Shown here one piece after another: positions 15,307 through 23,685 of a stretch of DNA of 51,203 nt. The notes under the pieces were generated by a model. It was not told the origin of the DNA. It ran no database searches and worked only from the letters and a program-made list of their open reading frames with translations. The position numbers and the translations under genes are program-made. Numbering within the stretch: position 1 is the first letter of the stretch; each line of letters starts with the position of its first letter. Location: positions 1 through 51,203 of the forward strand of contig JACCLI010000077.1 of NCBI GenBank assembly GCA_013425455.1. The letters run 5' to 3'. The stretch is from Candidatus Micrarchaeota archaeon (GTDB lineage Archaea > Micrarchaeota > Micrarchaeia > Anstonellales > Bilamarchaeaceae).

Positions 15307-17529
15307 ATGCCCGAAGGCAAAACAATTCTTCTCAAGGTCGCGGAGGCGATGAGGAACGACGTAGGCAGGGGCATAGCCCGGATGGATGCGAAGAGCCGCG
15401 AGGAGCTGGGGATATCCACAGGAGACGTGGTGAAGCTCTCAGGAAAAAAAGTGGCCTACGCGCTCGTTTGGCCCTCCCATCCAGATGACGAGGGGCAGGA
15501 AATGATACGCGTGGACGGAATCCTGCGCCAGAACGCGGGCTCAGGCCTCGGGGAAAAAGTGCGCGTCGGGAAGTCGGACGTGAAGGACGCGAAAAAAGTC
15601 GTTCTTGCCCCCCGCGAGCCGGTGCGCTTCTACGCAGGGTTCGACCAGTACCTGAAGAGCAAACTTATAGGCAAGCCCGTGGTGAAGGGGAACATCCTTC
15701 CCGTAGGGGTTTTCGGAGCAGCCATTCCGCTCGTAGTGGTTAATACTTCGCCTGCCGGCGGAGTAATTATAGGGGAAAAGACCGAAGTGCTCCTCAGCCA
15801 GGAGGTTGAGGAGGCGGAGACTATAACTGGAATCACTTATGATGATATCGGCGGATTGGGCGAAACAATCCAGAAGATAAGGGAGATGGTCGAGCTTCCG
15901 CTCAGGCACCCGGAGCTTTTCGAAAAGCTGGGGATTGAGCCGCCAAAGGGCGTGCTGCTGCACGGACCTCCGGGCACCGGGAAAACACTGCTTGCGAAGG
16001 CGGTCGCGAACGAGAGCGAGGCCAACTTCTTCTACATCGGCGGCCCCGAGGTAGTGAGCAAATTCGTAGGGGAGAGCGAGCAGCGCCTCCGCGAAATCTT
16101 CAAGCAGGCGCAGGAGAACGCCCCCTCCATCCTTTTCATAGACGAGATTGACGCGATTGCGCCCAAGAGGGAGGAAGTGACCGGAGAAGTGGAGAGGAGG
16201 ATGGTGAGCCAGCTACTCACCACAATGGACGGCCTCAAATCAAGGGGGGAAGTGATAGTTATTGCGGCGACAAATAGGGTGGATTCAATAGACCCGGCGC
16301 TAAGGAGGCCGGGAAGGTTCGACCGCGAGATAGAGATAGGCGTGCCGGACAGGCAGGGAAGGAAGGAAATCCTCCAGATACACACGCGCAACATGCCGCT
16401 CATCCAGGACGAGCGTTCTACAGAGCCCGCAAGGCCTTCCGGGGAAGAGAAGAGGGAAGGGAAATCCAAAAACCCCGAGGCGGTGGATCTGGATGAGATT
16501 GCCGCGATTACCCATGGGTACACCGGTGCGGACCTTTCCGCGCTCACAAAGGAGGCGGCGATAAAGGCGCTGCGCAGGATACTCCCGAAAATAAAGATGG
16601 AAGAGGAGTTCATCCCTCCGGAAGTGCTTGATGAGCTGAAAGTGACGAAAGATGATTTCTTCACTGCGATGCACGGCATCCAGCCCTCCGCATTGAGGGA
16701 GGTTTTCGTAGAGAGGCCCAACGTCCACTGGGACGATGTGGGCGGATTGGACAGCCTGAAGATGGAGCTCAAGGAGGCGATTGACCTTCCGCTGAAGAAG
16801 CCCGAGGTGTTCGAGAAGATGGGGATACGCCCGCTCAAGGGAATTTTGCTTTTCGGCGCCCCGGGGACCGGAAAAACCATGCTCGCAAAGGCCGTCGCGA
16901 CCGAGAGCGAGGCGAACTTCATCGCAATCAACGGGCCGGAAGTGCTGAGCAAGTGGGTGGGCGAATCCGAAAAGACGCTCCGCGAGCTTTTCCGCAAGGC
17001 AAAGCAGGCCGCGCCATGCATCCTTTTCATCGACGAGATTGACGGGCTCGCGCCAATCCGCGGGGGCTCTGGAGAAGGCACGATGGTGAGCGAGCGCCTC
17101 GTGGACACCCTTCTCAGTGAGATGGACGGCCTCAGATCAATGAAAAAGGTAATCGTTCTCGGAGCGACAAACCGCCCGGACATCCTGGACAAGGCATTGA
17201 TGCGCGCGGGAAGGTTTGACAGGGTAATAGAGATTCCGCTTCCGGACGAGAAGACGCGCATGGAGATCTTCAAGGTGCACACCAAAAAAATGCCGCTAAA
17301 GGGCGTGGACCTCTCCGAACTCGCAAAAGTCACGGAGGGCTACACCGGGGCGGACATAGAGAACATATGCAGGGAGGCCGGTATGTTCGCGATAAGGCAC
17401 AACGCATCCAATGTCACGAAGCAGAACTTCGAGGATGCGATGAAATCCATCGCCCCCCGCATACAGAAGGCGGACGTGGAGAGGGTGAAGAAGTTCAAGT
17501 CCTCCCTCACGGAAATGATGTATAGGTGA
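15307..17529 (+). CDS. cdc48: Cdc48/VCP-type AAA+ ATPase (two AAA domains)
   Basis: ATG at 15307 follows GGTGAGG; the track's upstream extension was rejected. N-domain ([18 protein letters not shown]) and two Walker A motifs ([16 protein letters not shown]). Confidence 0.95.
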   Translation: MPEGKTILLKVAEAMRNDVGRGIARMDAKSREELGISTGDVVKLSGKKVAYALVWPSHPDDEGQEMIRVDGILRQNAGSGLGEKVRVGKSDVKDAKKVVLAPREPVRFYAGFDQYLKSKLIGKPVVKGNILPVGVFGAAIPLVVVNTSPAGGVIIGEKTEVLLSQEVEEAETITGITYDDIGGLGETIQKIREMVELPLRHPELFEKLGIEPPKGVLLHGPPGTGKTLLAKAVANESEANFFYIGGPEVVSKFVGESEQRLREIFKQAQENAPSILFIDEIDAIAPKREEVTGEVERRMVSQLLTTMDGLKSRGEVIVIAATNRVDSIDPALRRPGRFDREIEIGVPDRQGRKEILQIHTRNMPLIQDERSTEPARPSGEEKREGKSKNPEAVDLDEIAAITHGYTGADLSALTKEAAIKALRRILPKIKMEEEFIPPEVLDELKVTKDDFFTAMHGIQPSALREVFVERPNVHWDDVGGLDSLKMELKEAIDLPLKKPEVFEKMGIRPLKGILLFGAPGTGKTMLAKAVATESEANFIAINGPEVLSKWVGESEKTLRELFRKAKQAAPCILFIDEIDGLAPIRGGSGEGTMVSERLVDTLLSEMDGLRSMKKVIVLGATNRPDILDKALMRAGRFDRVIEIPLPDEKTRMEIFKVHTKKMPLKGVDLSELAKVTEGYTGADIENICREAGMFAIRHNASNVTKQNFEDAMKSIAPRIQKADVERVKKFKSSLTEMMYR

Positions 17530-17915
17530 TTGGGATACTATTGATAAAAGCGGCGCAACTTTTCCTCGGGCTTTTCGCCGTTTCGCTAATCTACTTTGCG
17601 ATAACTCCGGGGCAGGGGCTGCTCGAGCTCGTCAAATTCATGGCGCTCTCGCTCGGCATCTCGATAGTGTTCCTTCTGGTTTACCCGAGGCTCAGGCAGG
17701 TGAGGAAGGGCGACCAGGTGGCCATAACCGGGTCGATGCCGGTGCCGTTCGCCTCCCTGCTCGGGTTCACAGCAATCGCGCTTTCCGATGCGGCGATGGG
17801 GGAGGAGGTCAAGGTAAGGCTCGGCAGGGGGAGCGAGGCGGTAGGGATGGTGGAATCCTACGAGGGGCTGCTTTCCCCGCCAAAGATAAGGCTTGTTTAC
17901 GAAGTGAAGGAATGA
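17526..17915 (+). CDS. Small membrane protein (2 TM plus soluble C-domain), hypothetical
   Basis: The GTG start overlaps the cdc48 stop (GTGA). Hydrophobic N-terminal helices. No family recognised. Confidence 0.5.
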   Translation: MIGILLIKAAQLFLGLFAVSLIYFAITPGQGLLELVKFMALSLGISIVFLLVYPRLRQVRKGDQVAITGSMPVPFASLLGFTAIALSDAAMGEEVKVRLGRGSEAVGMVESYEGLLSPPKIRLVYEVKE

Positions 17916-18592
17916 ACTTTTACATAACGGACAGGGAGGCGAAGGAGATAGCCATTTCGGTTTTCGCGATAGCAATAGCTTTTACAATTGCTAATTTTGG
18001 ACTTGGGATATTCTCAGTACCCCAGCAGGCAGTTGCGCTGGTCGCGCTTTCGCTCGCGACAATCGGAATCGGATTCATATTCCACGAGCTGGCGCACAAA
18101 ATAGTGGCGAACTTTTTCGGGGCCGCGGCGGAGTTCAGGATGTGGACGCAGGGGCTCATGCTGATGTTTTTCGTCTCCCTGATGGGGATGCTTTTCGCCG
18201 CGCCGGGGGCGGTGTACATCTATTCCCCCTACATCACGAAGAGGCAGAACGGGCTCATATCCCTCGCGGGCCCGGCGACAAACCTCGCGCTCACCGGGAT
18301 TTTCATAGCGCTCTATTTCATCCGCCCTCTCCCCATCCAGACCGGGGAGGGGCCGATGGATGCCTGGCTTTTCGGGGCGATGATAAATACCATACTCGGG
18401 TTCTTCAACATGCTGCCGATGTTCCCGCTGGACGGGAGCAAGATAATCAGGTGGAACTTTTTCATCTGGATATTCTTCATGGGCGTTTTCTTCGGGATTG
18501 GGTTCCTTCTGCTGGGCCCGGGCGTGCTCGTGAACTGGGGGATTATGCTGGCGATTGCGTACATCTTCTCCGCGGCGTTGTTCGGTCGATAG
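17912..18592 (+). CDS. Site-2 protease family (M50) zinc metalloprotease
   Basis: HELAHKIV (HExxH) within a TM helix, and FNMLPMFPLDGSKI (NxxPxxxLDG). The start overlaps the upstream stop (ATGA). Confidence 0.85.
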   Translation: MNFYITDREAKEIAISVFAIAIAFTIANFGLGIFSVPQQAVALVALSLATIGIGFIFHELAHKIVANFFGAAAEFRMWTQGLMLMFFVSLMGMLFAAPGAVYIYSPYITKRQNGLISLAGPATNLALTGIFIALYFIRPLPIQTGEGPMDAWLFGAMINTILGFFNMLPMFPLDGSKIIRWNFFIWIFFMGVFFGIGFLLLGPGVLVNWGIMLAIAYIFSAALFGR

Positions 18593-18593
18593 C

Positions 18594-19136
18594 ATGCGCG
18601 GAGCAGAAGCGGTCCTCTCGTTCGTAAATTTCCTCGGGAAGAGGATGGTCCTCAAGCACAGGAAGGAAAAATCCTACCGCGTCCCCGCGCTTGACCTGAA
18701 AATCCGGTCCGAGCGCACAAGGCGGGAGGCAAGGCTCCTGCACAAGGCGAAGCTCGCGGGCGTTTCCGCCCCGACCGTTTATGCGGTTGACGAGTATTCC
18801 ATTACCATGACATATCTTCGCGGCAGGAAGCTCGGAGAAAGCGAAAAAGAGCTAAAAGAGGCCGGAAAGTTGCTCGCATCTTTGCACAACGCAGGCATAA
18901 TACACGGGGACTTCACCCCCTACAATATTATAGTAAACAAGGAAGGTTTGCACGTGATTGATTTCGGGTTGGGTTTTTTCTCCTCTAGGATAGAAGACAG
19001 GGCGGACGACCTCATTACTATGCTAAAGGGAATAGAGGGAAAGGAAAAATTCCTATCCGGCTACCGCGCGTGCAGGGATTATGATGCGGTCCTGCGCAGG
19101 AAGGCGCAGATAGAGAAAAGGGCGCGATACCAGTAA
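18594..19136 (+). CDS. bud32: Bud32/PRPK-type Kae1-associated kinase
   Basis: ATG at 18594 is 2 nt after the M50 stop. Motifs REARLLHKAKLAGVSAPTVY, HNAGIIHGDFTPYNIIV and VIDFGLGF. Confidence 0.85.
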   Translation: MRGAEAVLSFVNFLGKRMVLKHRKEKSYRVPALDLKIRSERTRREARLLHKAKLAGVSAPTVYAVDEYSITMTYLRGRKLGESEKELKEAGKLLASLHNAGIIHGDFTPYNIIVNKEGLHVIDFGLGFFSSRIEDRADDLITMLKGIEGKEKFLSGYRACRDYDAVLRRKAQIEKRARYQ

Positions 19137-19166
19137 TCTATTTAAACGCCCTCTTCGTATTCATAC

Positions 19167-19431
19167 GTGATGGGCTAGGCGGGGGCCAGGGGTCCCCATT
19201 CCGCAAATCCCCTTTAGGCGGGCTGAACGCCCGGGGCGTGATTCGCCCGTTTTGCGTCTTTCATCTAAAGCGTCGAAGCCCTCCCTTCTGGGACAGGGGC
19301 TTTATGCGAACCGGGTCAGGCCGGAAGGAGCAGCCCTAAGCGTAGTGCCCCGTGCTCAGGAGCAAGGGGGTGGAGCTGATGGTGAAAGCTCCGCATGGCG
19401 GACGCTTCGCAATCCGGGAAGCCCATCACTC
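19167..19431 (+). ncRNA. Signal recognition particle RNA (archaeal 7S/SRP RNA)
   Basis: The 5' GATGGGCTAGGCGGGGG pairs with the 3' AGCCCATC. The conserved helix-8 region is ACCGGGTCAGGCCGGAAGGAGCAGCCCTAAG. It ends before a T5 run. Ends are estimated by eye (plus or minus 5 nt). Confidence 0.8.
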
Positions 19432-19580
19432 CTTTTTACATCGTGAACCTCGCCCAAGCTCGGTTCACTCTGCATTTGGGTTGCCTCGCTCGCGCCTGCT
19501 CGCTCGGCGCAAAAAGGAGACCAAAAACCTCAAGCCACGTAATCACTTACTCTTATTAAATCATCTTTTCATCTCTAATC

Positions 19581-20231
19581 ATGGACGCGAAGCTCAATGC
19601 CTGCATGGGCGCGATGAAATACCTGAAGGACGGGATGGTGCTCGGCCTCGGGACCGGCTCCACTGTTTTCCATTTCATAAACCTCGTCGGAGAGAAGATG
19701 AAAAAAGGCAAGAAATTTGTGTGCGTCGCCACCTCCTTCGACACGGAGATGCTCGCAAAGAAGAACGGAATCCCCATCGTTTCCCTGGACCAGGTTTCCA
19801 AGATAGACCTCGCGGTTGACGGCGCGGACATGGTTGCAAAGGATTATGTGCTGAAGGGGGGCGGGGGCGCGCTCGCACGCGAGAAGGTCGTGGACTATTT
19901 CGCGGAAAAATTCCTTGTAGTAATAGACGAGGGCAAGCTGAAGGCCAAATCCTATCCGGTGGTCGTGGAGTGCCTCCCGTTCGCCTACTCTACGGTGATG
20001 AAGGAATTGGAAAGGATGGGCGCGAGGCCGAAGCTCCGCACAGGGGGCGGAAAGGTCGGGCCGGTTGTCTCCGACAACGGGAACTTCCTCCTCGATTGCG
20101 AAATGAAAATCACGAATGCGAAGAAGATGGAGCAGGACATAAATTCCATCCCCGGCGTCGTGGAGAACGGCATATTCACCAGATTCTCAAAAGTGATAGT
20201 CGGCACGGAAACCGGATTCAGGGAACTTTAG
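19581..20231 (+). CDS. rpiA: Ribose-5-phosphate isomerase A
   Basis: GLGTGSTV, DLAVDGADMV and LKGGGGALAREKVV motifs. Confidence 0.9.
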   Translation: MDAKLNACMGAMKYLKDGMVLGLGTGSTVFHFINLVGEKMKKGKKFVCVATSFDTEMLAKKNGIPIVSLDQVSKIDLAVDGADMVAKDYVLKGGGGALAREKVVDYFAEKFLVVIDEGKLKAKSYPVVVECLPFAYSTVMKELERMGARPKLRTGGGKVGPVVSDNGNFLLDCEMKITNAKKMEQDINSIPGVVENGIFTRFSKVIVGTETGFREL

Positions 20232-21420
20232 ATACCTGCCAGCGCTTGCCGTCCTTCACGTAGAATTCCATCAGAAGCACCGATGCGCCGGCTATCAGGG
20301 CGGAAAGCACCAGGGGGGCGTGCGCGCCAAAGAGCATCACGTTCCAGAGAAGCCCCGCGATGATGTTGGCGGGGAGGAGAAGGACGCCGGTTATCCCCTG
20401 GTAGGCGCCTATCGCGCTTGCATACCTGTGCCCCTTGACCGTTTCCACGATATACACGCGCGGAGTCGTCTCTATTATCGCTATGAACAGGCCGAGAACT
20501 GCGAATCCTACGAAAGCCGTGAGCGGGCTGTTTGTGAATGCGAACACAAGCGAAGCCGAGGCAAAGAAGCAGTATGCCGCAATCATCATCCTCTTCGGCC
20601 CTACCCTGTCGGTCAACACCCCCATCGGAATCGCCATGGTCGCGTAAATGACGTTGTACGCAAGGTAGGCGATCGGTATCATCACCAGCGGAAGGAGCTC
20701 GTTGCTACGGAGGATGAAAAAGGCGGTGCCTATCTGCCCGATGGAAAAGAGTGCGGCCACCAGAATGAAGCCCTTCAATTCCCCGTTGAAAAGATTCTTC
20801 CCGTCCCTTATCCTCTCCAGCTTCTTTTCGTTCTCCTTGACGAAGAAGATGAATAGCACACCCAAGAACGCGGGAATCACCGCAATCATGAATATTGTCC
20901 TATATATGGCATCCTCGCCCATTCCGGAGAAAAACGCAAGGAAGAGTGCGGCGAGCAACGGCCCGATTATCGCACCCGCGGAGTCCATCATCTTCCTGAA
21001 GCCGAAAGCCCTCCCGAGCTGGCTGCCAGGCTCGGATTCACCGATCATCGCATCCCGCGGAGGGGTCCTTATCCCCTTGCCCACCCTTTCCACGGTCTTC
21101 AGCGTGAAGAACTGCGGCCAGCTGTTGCTGAACGGGAAAAATGCCTTCATCACAGCCGAAAGGGAATAGCCGAAAAGCACAAGCTTTTTCCTGCTCTTGT
21201 ATGTGTCGGACATCCAGCCCGAAAGGAAACGCATGATCGCAACGACTATTTCCGAAATCCCCTCAAGCAGGCCTACAACCAGTGCGCTTGCGCCCAGCAC
21301 ATTGACCATAAAAAGGGGGATTATGGGCTCGAGCATCTCACTGCTCGCATCGCTGAGCAGGCTTACTGCCCCGAGCAGCTTCGTGTTTGTTGAGAGTTTC
21401 CCGTTCCTTGGCTTTGCCAT
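20218..21420 (-). CDS. MFS transporter
   Basis: 400 aa with about 12 hydrophobic helices, and an MFS loop motif GWMSDTYKSRKK between TM2 and TM3. Confidence 0.8.
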   Translation of the reverse strand: MAKPRNGKLSTNTKLLGAVSLLSDASSEMLEPIIPLFMVNVLGASALVVGLLEGISEIVVAIMRFLSGWMSDTYKSRKKLVLFGYSLSAVMKAFFPFSNSWPQFFTLKTVERVGKGIRTPPRDAMIGESEPGSQLGRAFGFRKMMDSAGAIIGPLLAALFLAFFSGMGEDAIYRTIFMIAVIPAFLGVLFIFFVKENEKKLERIRDGKNLFNGELKGFILVAALFSIGQIGTAFFILRSNELLPLVMIPIAYLAYNVIYATMAIPMGVLTDRVGPKRMMIAAYCFFASASLVFAFTNSPLTAFVGFAVLGLFIAIIETTPRVYIVETVKGHRYASAIGAYQGITGVLLLPANIIAGLLWNVMLFGAHAPLVLSALIAGASVLLMEFYVKDGKRWQVSKVP

Positions 21421-21458
21421 GCAATCCCTTTTTTAAATTGCCAATCTAATTAAGCCCT

Positions 21459-21971
21459 ATGGTCCGCCTGAGTGAGGAATTGAAGACAATCCTTAAAAAA
21501 CCCCTTGGGAAAACCGGGCCGCTCGGGCAGCTCCTTCCGCTCACAAAGGGAAAGAGAATAATCGCTGTAGGGGACCAGGTGGTCTTCGCCCTCCTCTCGC
21601 ACGGGATAAGGCCGCACGTTGCGGTATTCGACTTCAAGACGCTGAGGAACCCTGTTGACATTGCGGTGAGGGAAAGGCTGGAGAAGGAATATCCGGACGC
21701 CAACAGAGTCCATAACCCGGCGGGAGAAATCACCAAGGGGCTGGCCCTTATCGCGCCTATCCTCATGAGGGACGGCGGCGCCCTTCTGGTGGAGGGCGAG
21801 GAGGACCTTGCCGCGCTGGTTTTCATAGACATAATGAAAAAAGGCTACGTGGTATTGTACGGCCAGCCCGGGGAAGGGGCCGTGCTTGTTGAAGAAAACG
21901 GCGAGGGGAAGAAATTAGTTAAAAAGATTGCAGGGAAGCTGAAATTAGCTTCCCTTGCCGACAGATTTTAG
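21459..21971 (+). CDS. DUF359 protein / archaeal GTP-dependent dephospho-CoA kinase candidate
   Basis: AVGDQVVFALLSHGIRPHVAVFDFKT.R, HNPAGEIT and VEGEEDLAALVFI...VLYGQPGEGAV match the DUF359 signature. Confidence 0.7.
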   Translation: MVRLSEELKTILKKPLGKTGPLGQLLPLTKGKRIIAVGDQVVFALLSHGIRPHVAVFDFKTLRNPVDIAVRERLEKEYPDANRVHNPAGEITKGLALIAPILMRDGGALLVEGEEDLAALVFIDIMKKGYVVLYGQPGEGAVLVEENGEGKKLVKKIAGKLKLASLADRF

Positions 21972-22127
21972 CAGAACGAACAGCAGCACTATGCTGATGA
22001 TGGTGACCGCTGCCACATTTGTCCAATCGTTCATTCCGAGCGGCGGGTTTATGTGCCAGAAGTAGCCTACGCCTGAGCCTACGACTATTGCTACAATCGC
22101 CCGCACGGCATCCATGAAGTCGCCCAT
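21945..22127 (-). CDS. Small 2-TM membrane protein, hypothetical
   Basis: 60-aa ORF with two hydrophobic helices. It lies directly downstream of the PRC-barrel gene on the same strand, and its 3' end overlaps the convergent DUF359 gene by 27 nt. Confidence 0.4.
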   Translation of the reverse strand: MGDFMDAVRAIVAIVVGSGVGYFWHINPPLGMNDWTNVAAVTIISIVLLFVLLKSVGKGS

Positions 22128-22137
22128 CGGGCTTCAC

Positions 22138-22371
22138 CTAAGCCCTGGCCCTTGCGACTACCATGACATCTTCGACGGATTTCACGTTCTTGTAGAGCAC
22201 GCTCTTTTCCTTAAGGATTTCCTTTCCCTTCGAGGAGGAGAAGGTCTCGAGGAGTACCCTTGCGACCTCGCCCGCTTCCATGTCCACAACAAAATCCTGC
22301 GCCGTGCCGACGTATTTGCCGCCATCGGTGAAGATTTCCATCCCGTACAGCTTCGACAGCTTAACACTCAT
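22138..22371 (-). CDS. PRC-barrel domain protein
   Basis: LYGMEIFTDGGKYVGTAQDFVVDMEAGEVARVLL is the PRC-barrel core pattern. Confidence 0.7.
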   Translation of the reverse strand: MSVKLSKLYGMEIFTDGGKYVGTAQDFVVDMEAGEVARVLLETFSSSKGKEILKEKSVLYKNVKSVEDVMVVARARA

Positions 22372-22428
22372 TGTTTCACCTTGCGCTCTAGTTACAAAGG
22401 TAAGAATTTATAAAAACATCGCCCGGGT

Positions 22429-23532
22429 TCAGATGTTTGTTTTGTGGAAGAAGAAAAGCTCCTGCGCCTCCCTGCTTCCCGGCTCTATGCCGAGGGCCTC
22501 GTAAACCCCGCAGATCCCCATCTTCCCAAGCGGGCACTTGCCGGGCTTCCTGTCCGCAGCCTTCCTCAGCCCGGCTGCCCGCGCCCTGTATTTTTCCTCG
22601 CTCGCAGGCAGCGGCTGTCCCGGCCCGCCCACGCACCCGTAAGGGCAGTTCATCACTTCAACGAAATGGTATTTCACCCCGTGCTTTATCTCGTCAAGGA
22701 CCTTGTCCAGGTTTGTTACCCCATATATGGAAACAACATTCAGCCGGTGCCTCCCTATCTGCACGCACAGGTGCTTCACCTGTTCGTCGCCCCTGAACCT
22801 GACCTTCTCAGGGCTCTCCCCGCACACGCACGCGAGCGTGCTCAAAAGCGCTTCCGTGATTCCTCCGGTCGCCCCGAATATGACTCCGTCCTTTGAGCTG
22901 TCCGGCAGGAGTTCCGTAAACTTACCCTCCTTCACTTTATTCATGTCCAGCCCCTTTTTCTTCGCCCAAATCCCGAGCTCGTGCGTTGTCAGCACATAAT
23001 CTATGTATCTTATCCCGGAGGGAAGCCTCTCGCGCGTCTCGTATTTCTTGAGCACGCACGGCATCACGCTCACCATGCAGATTTTTTCTATCGGAACCCC
23101 GAGTTTTTTCGCGAGTATGTGCTTCCCCAGGCTTCCGGCAACCATGTGCGGAGAGCCGATTGGGGAAACCAGATGGTAAAGTTCCGGGTGCTTGTTCTTG
23201 CAGTACAGCCTCCAGCCGATGCAGCAGGAGTTGAACACCGGGAAATATTTCTCATCCCCGCGCTCGAGCGCGTGCAGCACCTCCAAAGTCTCTTCATAAA
23301 TATTCACATCCGCCCCAAGGGGCGTGTCCATTACGTGGTCGAACCCGAGCGCATGCAGCAATCCGACCGTCTGGTAGGTAAGGTCCTCGCCAGGAGCGCG
23401 CCCGAACTCCTCGCCGATGGAAACGCGCACCGCGGGAGCGATCTGCACGACCATCACCTTTCCGTCTTTCTTCTCCTTCTCCAGCGCAGCAAAAAGCTCG
23501 TCCGGCTTGTTGAGGTAGATTTCATCTTCCAT
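22429..23532 (-). CDS. [FeFe]-hydrogenase H-cluster domain protein, minimal form (367 aa, no ferredoxin-like N-terminal domains)
   Basis: VVQIAPAVRVSIGEEFG. Signature 1 is NSCCIGW (canonical TSCCPxW). Signature 2 is VMPCVLKKYE (MPCxxKxxE). Signature 3 is EVMNCPYGCVGGPGQP (ExMxCxxGCxxGxGQP). Confidence 0.85.
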   Translation of the reverse strand: MEDEIYLNKPDELFAALEKEKKDGKVMVVQIAPAVRVSIGEEFGRAPGEDLTYQTVGLLHALGFDHVMDTPLGADVNIYEETLEVLHALERGDEKYFPVFNSCCIGWRLYCKNKHPELYHLVSPIGSPHMVAGSLGKHILAKKLGVPIEKICMVSVMPCVLKKYETRERLPSGIRYIDYVLTTHELGIWAKKKGLDMNKVKEGKFTELLPDSSKDGVIFGATGGITEALLSTLACVCGESPEKVRFRGDEQVKHLCVQIGRHRLNVVSIYGVTNLDKVLDEIKHGVKYHFVEVMNCPYGCVGGPGQPLPASEEKYRARAAGLRKAADRKPGKCPLGKMGICGVYEALGIEPGSREAQELFFFHKTNI

Positions 23533-23583
23533 ACGCTTCGCGTTTCCCGCATAACTAATATAATGTTTTGTTTCGGGTTTTGT

Positions 23584-23601
23584 ATGTAACCATGGTTACA
23601 T
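23584..23601. promoter_or_regulatory. Perfect 18-bp palindrome ATGTAACCATGGTTACAT in the hydrogenase/giant-gene divergent region
   Basis: Read directly from the sequence. It is flanked by the inverted 8-mers cgcgtttc (about 23538) and gaaacgcg (about 23637). Confidence 0.4.
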
Positions 23602-23655
23602 GCACCCCCCGCCCGCACGCCCCGGATTTTCAGAACGCGAAACGCGACCGGAGGG

Positions 23656-23665
23656 TATTTAAATA
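23656..23665 (+). promoter_or_regulatory. TATA-box-like TATTTAAATA about 21 nt upstream of the ATG at 23686 (leaderless or short-leader transcript)
   Basis: The position and sequence fit the archaeal TATA consensus. No Shine-Dalgarno sequence lies between it and the ATG. Confidence 0.4.
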
Positions 23666-23685
23666 GCTTTTCACAAAATATTATT

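Noticed and set aside
16032-17333. 433-aa ORF antisense to cdc48. Similar long antisense or out-of-frame ORFs occur at 1456..2388, 5982..6794, 12552..13184, 33754..34380, 37161..38198, 43256..44281 and 8259..8801.
   Set aside because: These are shadow ORFs opposite, or out of frame with, genes that carry strong family motifs. Their products are low-complexity (Ser/Pro/Arg/Ala-rich), as expected from GC-rich codon-position bias.
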